Assembly: GCA_963828735.1 (NCBI GenBank)
Contig: CAWHFW010000006.1
Location: forward strand, 1-64,000
DNA from: an uncultured Gemmatimonadales bacterium
Lineage (GTDB): Bacteria > Gemmatimonadota > Gemmatimonadetes > Gemmatimonadales > GWC2-71-9
Length of the DNA: 64,000 nucleotides
Direction of reading: 5' to 3'
The notes below the pieces were generated by a model. The model ran no database searches. It was not told where the DNA came from and was given only the letters and a program-made list of their open reading frames with translations. The stretch's first letter is position 1. Each line of letters starts with the position of its first letter. The position numbers were made by a program, and so were the translations under genes. Shown piece by piece: positions 60,443 through 64,000 of the stretch.

Positions 60443-61789
60443 TCAGGAGGTGAGGTTGTAGCGCTTGATCTTGTTGATCAACGTGGCCCGCGAAATGCCC
60501 AGCTCGATGGCGGCGCGGGTGCGGTTGCCGGTGTGGTGCTTCAGCGTGCGCTCGATGTGCTGGCGCTCGAGGTCCTCGAGGCTGAGCGGCGTGTGACGAC
60601 GATCGCCGATGCCGGGACGCGCCCGGAACTCACCCGGCAGATGCTCGACGCTCACCGCGGCCGACCCACGGCCCAGGATGAGGGCGCGCTCCAGCACGTT
60701 ACGCATCTCGCGCACGTTGCCGGGCCAGCCGTAGGCCAGCAGGCGGTCGAGCACTTCGCTCGAGAGGGTCGGCGGGCCGTCCGGCAGCTCGGCCCGCAGG
60801 TCGTTCATGAGCCGGGTGATGAGGCCGAGTCGGTCCTCGCGCGAGCGATCGCGCACCGCAGGCAGCTGAAGCGGCATGACGCTCAGCCGGTAGTACAGGT
60901 CCTCCCGGAACCGGAGCTCCTCGACCTCGGTCTGCAGCTCCTTGTTCGTGGCGGCGACCAGCCGCACGTCCACGGTGATCTCGCGCGTGCCGCCGAGCCG
61001 GCGGAACGTCTTCGTCTCGAGCACTTTCAGCAGCTTGGGCTGGAGCTCGGGCGCGAGGTCCCCGATCTCGTCGAGAAAGATCGTGCCGTGGTCGGCGATC
61101 TCGAACAGGCCCTGCTTGCGATCCTTGGCGTCCGTGAAGGCGCCCTTCTCGTGCCCGAACAGCTCGGAGTCGAGGAAGGTCGCGTTGAGGCCGGCGCAGT
61201 TGACCTCCACGAACGGCGCGCGGGCGCGCGGGCTCAGGTCGTGGATCATCCGCGCCACCCACCCCTTGCCGGTGCCGCTCTCGCCGGTCAGGAGGACGGT
61301 GGTGCGCTCGCTCTGCGCCAGCAGCGCGACCTGGTGGGCGAAGTCCTGCATGCCCGACGACGACCCGAGTGAATCGAGCCCGTGGTCCGGTGCGCTCTGC
61401 ACCAGGAGCGCCTCGTTGACGCGGCGGAGCCGAGCCTTGTCGGCCACGCGCGCGGTGGCCGCGGCGAGGTGCTCCATGTCGACCGGCTTGGTCAGGAAAT
61501 TCTCGGCGCCGAGCTGCATGGCCCGGACCGCCGTGGCGACGTCGCTCTCGCCGGTCAACAGGATGACCGCCGCGTCCCGTTGGCGCAGGTGCTCGAGCAC
61601 CTCCATACCGTCCATGCCCGGCAACCGAAGGTCCAGGATGACCACTTCCGGCCGCAGTCGGTCGAACGTGGCCAGGCCCGCCTCCCCGCTCAGCTCCCGG
61701 GTAACCTCGTAGCTCAGGCGCTCGAAGTAGTTCCCGATGCTGCGCAGCACGTCGACATCGTCATCGATGAGGAGGACGGATCCGGCCAT
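60443..61789 (-). CDS. NtrC/AtoC-family sigma54-dependent response regulator
   Basis: Receiver IDDD / LDLRLP / KP; GESGTGK; SELFGHEKGAFTDA; FLDEIG; WPGNVRE; Fis-type HTH. Confidence 0.96.
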   Translation of the reverse strand: MAGSVLLIDDDVDVLRSIGNYFERLSYEVTRELSGEAGLATFDRLRPEVVILDLRLPGMDGMEVLEHLRQRDAAVILLTGESDVATAVRAMQLGAENFLTKPVDMEHLAAATARVADKARLRRVNEALLVQSAPDHGLDSLGSSSGMQDFAHQVALLAQSERTTVLLTGESGTGKGWVARMIHDLSPRARAPFVEVNCAGLNATFLDSELFGHEKGAFTDAKDRKQGLFEIADHGTIFLDEIGDLAPELQPKLLKVLETKTFRRLGGTREITVDVRLVAATNKELQTEVEELRFREDLYYRLSVMPLQLPAVRDRSREDRLGLITRLMNDLRAELPDGPPTLSSEVLDRLLAYGWPGNVREMRNVLERALILGRGSAAVSVEHLPGEFRARPGIGDRRHTPLSLEDLERQHIERTLKHHTGNRTRAAIELGISRATLINKIKRYNLTS

Positions 61790-61806
61790 GGATAGCCCTA
61801 GAGAGA

Positions 61807-61895
61807 AGTCGTGGGTCGTCAGTCAGGTCGCAAGCGTGCGCCACAGGCCGTATGACCAATGACCCACGACTCACGACCCCCGGACCCATGCCCAC
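61807..61895. repeat. Inverted arrays of degenerate heptamer tandem repeats
   Basis: gtcgtgg-gtcgtca-gtca (61808-61825) versus atgacca-atgaccc-acgactc-acgaccc (61852-61879). Confidence 0.55.
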
Positions 61896-61928
61896 CAAAA
61901 ACTAGTCACCTCGCGCCCATCCGCCACC

Positions 61929-62828
61929 TCACCCGCCGGGCACCATGATGTTGATGGCCCGGGGGACGACCGTGGCCGTGAACGGCGTCTCTCCGCCGGG
62001 CTCACCATCGAGCTGCACGGGGTGGATCGGGTCGCTCTCGACGCGGACCTCGCGCCCTCGCGCGTACCCGACGTAGGTGTCCAGCCCCTCGACATCCGGC
62101 GCCATGCGCAGAATGTCCCATACCGCGCGCAGGCTCTGCCCGAAGTTGTTGGCTCGGACGACCACGACGTCGAGCAGCCCGTCATCGGGGCGGATGCCGG
62201 ACCCGAGGCGGATGTAGGGAGGAATCACTTCCCCGCAGTTCGCGACCAGCACCATCGCGGCATTGGCATCGTAGGCTACGCCATCGATCGTGATGACGTG
62301 GTCGGTGCTGCGGATCTCGCCGATCAGGCGCAGGGTGGTGGCGACGTATGCGGCCATGCCCCAGCGCCGCTTGTGCTCGCTCAGCGTGCCGGCCATGACC
62401 CGGGCGTCGTACCCCGCGCCGCACGCCACCGCGAAATAGTGGAGACCGTCGGCCCGCTCCATGCGGCCGAGGTCGAAGGGCCTCGGCCGGGCGCTGACGA
62501 GCGCCTGCGCCGCGCGGGCCGGCGCCGAAGGGATGCGGAGGTTGCCCGCGAGCAGGTTCCCCGTCCCGCCTGGGATGACGCCAAGGCTCACTTCCGTCCC
62601 GACCAGGGCGGCCGCGGCCTGCATGGTGGTCCCATCGCCACCGAACACCGCGACGACATCCACCCCCTGCGCCACGCCCTCGGCCGCGAGCAGGCGCGCA
62701 TCGCCCGGCCCGGTCGTGGCGGCCAGGTCGGCCTTCCATCCTGCCGCGAGGATAGTCCGCATGACCGCATCCACCGAGCGGGGCCGCGTGCGCGCCGCCG
62801 CGGGGTTGGTAATGCAGAGGACCCGCAC
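61929..62828 (-). CDS. Diacylglycerol kinase family lipid kinase (YegS/DagK-like)
   Basis: NPAA, GGDGT, PGGTGN, DDGLLDV, QLDGE. Confidence 0.93.
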   Translation of the reverse strand: MRVLCITNPAAARTRPRSVDAVMRTILAAGWKADLAATTGPGDARLLAAEGVAQGVDVVAVFGGDGTTMQAAAALVGTEVSLGVIPGGTGNLLAGNLRIPSAPARAAQALVSARPRPFDLGRMERADGLHYFAVACGAGYDARVMAGTLSEHKRRWGMAAYVATTLRLIGEIRSTDHVITIDGVAYDANAAMVLVANCGEVIPPYIRLGSGIRPDDGLLDVVVVRANNFGQSLRAVWDILRMAPDVEGLDTYVGYARGREVRVESDPIHPVQLDGEPGGETPFTATVVPRAINIMVPGG

Positions 62829-64000
62829 TAGAACTCCCGCTCCCAGAGGATGTCGAGACCGATCTGATACGGGTTGGTGCCGATCCGGGTGGACGTGGCG
62901 AACGTGTTGCACGTCTGGATCGTCGGCTCCACGGAGCTCTGCATCTTCCACTCGCGGTTGAATCGGAACTCGAAACTCGCTCCGAGGTTCTTGTAGCTCA
63001 GCTGGGTGAAATCGGGACAGAAGCCGGCATTGAGTGTCACGAACGTCTTCCTGCCGATCTGCCACCCCGCGGCCAGCTGCGTCAGGGTCCCCCCGCCCGT
63101 ATTCGTCGTGGACACTCCGGGCCGGATCTCGATGAGGTCGATCGGGACGCCGATGTCCTGAATGAGCGCCCGCTCGAGCTCGCTCGAGAGCGCGCTCGAG
63201 AAGTAGGCGAGGCTGGTCTGCACCACCCCGCCCTGCCCGACGAGCGTGGCCTCGTTCGCAGGATAGCCGGTGATGAGGTACGACACGAGGTCCGTCTCGG
63301 AAATCGGCGGCCGGATCGTGCTCGACAGGGTCAGCTTCGGCTGATACAGCGTGCCGGTGATGTTGGCGACGACCGGCACCTCGTCGCCGCGCACGCTCCG
63401 CACGGTGTGGCTTGCCTCGATGTCGAGCCCGGCGTTGAGGTCGTTCGTGTAGGTCACGTTTCCGCGCGCCACCGTGAAGTCGCGGCTCACGGGTCCGAGC
63501 TTGAGCGTGTAGGTACCGCGCGGCGCGTTGAGGGTGCCGATCGGGCTGTAAATGGCGCCAATCTTGCTCAGCCGCACGCGCCCTTCCAGCTGCACGTTCG
63601 CCTCCGCGGAGCGCAGCCAGTCGTCCGAGCCCATCTCCACCCGCAGGTCGTCGATGCGAAGGGAGTCGAGGAAGCGGTTCTGGAACTTGGCGCCGAGGTT
63701 TTCGCGCCGGATCAGCGTCGTGTCCACCAGATCCGCGATCGACGGGTCCTCGAGGTCGAGGATGCGCTTGTTGACCAGGTCGGCGAAATAGAGGACCCCG
63801 CTGTTGGCCAGCAGGCTCCCGGTGAGGGTCGCGCCGAAGACCGGGCCGCGCAGCTCGAGATCGCCGGTGCCGACCAGCGTGAGGAAGCTGCGCACGTCGA
63901 TGGCGCGGAACTGCTCGGCGTGGACGCCCAGGTTGAGCACCGGCCGCGAGAGGTTCTCGAGCCGCACCGCGCCCTCCACCTTGAGCTTTCCGCCGCCGCT
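62828..64000 (-). CDS. tamB: Translocation and assembly module TamB (DUF490), C-terminal part; 5' end lies outside the window
   Basis: Beta-rich chain; ITGTLYQPKLTLSS, ETDLVSYLITG; terminal beta strands ending WEREF. Confidence 0.85.
   Translation of the reverse strand, partial: SGGGKLKVEGAVRLENLSRPVLNLGVHAEQFRAIDVRSFLTLVGTGDLELRGPVFGATLTGSLLANSGVLYFADLVNKRILDLEDPSIADLVDTTLIRRENLGAKFQNRFLDSLRIDDLRVEMGSDDWLRSAEANVQLEGRVRLSKIGAIYSPIGTLNAPRGTYTLKLGPVSRDFTVARGNVTYTNDLNAGLDIEASHTVRSVRGDEVPVVANITGTLYQPKLTLSSTIRPPISETDLVSYLITGYPANEATLVGQGGVVQTSLAYFSSALSSELERALIQDIGVPIDLIEIRPGVSTTNTGGGTLTQLAAGWQIGRKTFVTLNAGFCPDFTQLSYKNLGASFEFRFNREWKMQSSVEPTIQTCNTFATSTRIGTNPYQIGLDILWEREF

Overview
The window looks like two unrelated genomes joined near position 12,075. 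The left ~12 kb is alphaproteobacterial in style (Acetobacteraceae/Bradyrhizobium-like, inferred from gene content and repeats). It has Shine-Dalgarno-led genes, GTAG and CGTC REP elements and many frameshifts that look like long-read indels. It encodes an EEP nuclease, a mandelate-racemase-family enolase, a divergent AroQ, an MFS pump, a TRAP transporter, an SDR, a LivJ-type binding protein and a tandem AraC pair. The right ~52 kb is a high-GC core chromosome resembling Gemmatimonadota, with many apparently leaderless genes. It carries PBP1A, tyrS, a PLL-like lectin, mgtE, a DUF853 ATPase, a patatin-ferredoxin fusion, an LPS/glycan cluster (GT4/GT2/CgeB, msbA-like, PorX-like REC-PglZ, waaF), a DnaB C-domain-only protein, yebC-ruvCA-(Zn ribbon)-ruvB-queA-dinB-tgt-yajC-def-fmt-thiESG-rsmB-PASTA-rpe-tlpA-cdaR-tsaD-lgt, rraA, a Fur-boxed cytochrome c-FTR1, an NtrC-led operon containing an unannotated 8-Cys microprotein, dagK and partial tamB. 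The best candidate for an undescribed system is a ~145-nt structured ncRNA between lgt and rraA. It has a perfect sigma54 promoter, paired enhancer-like sites, IHF-like sites and its own intrinsic terminator, and a sigma54 activator operon lies ~6 kb away. No tRNA, rRNA, CRISPR array, integrase or transposase was seen. All calls come from reading motifs by eye; no searches were run.
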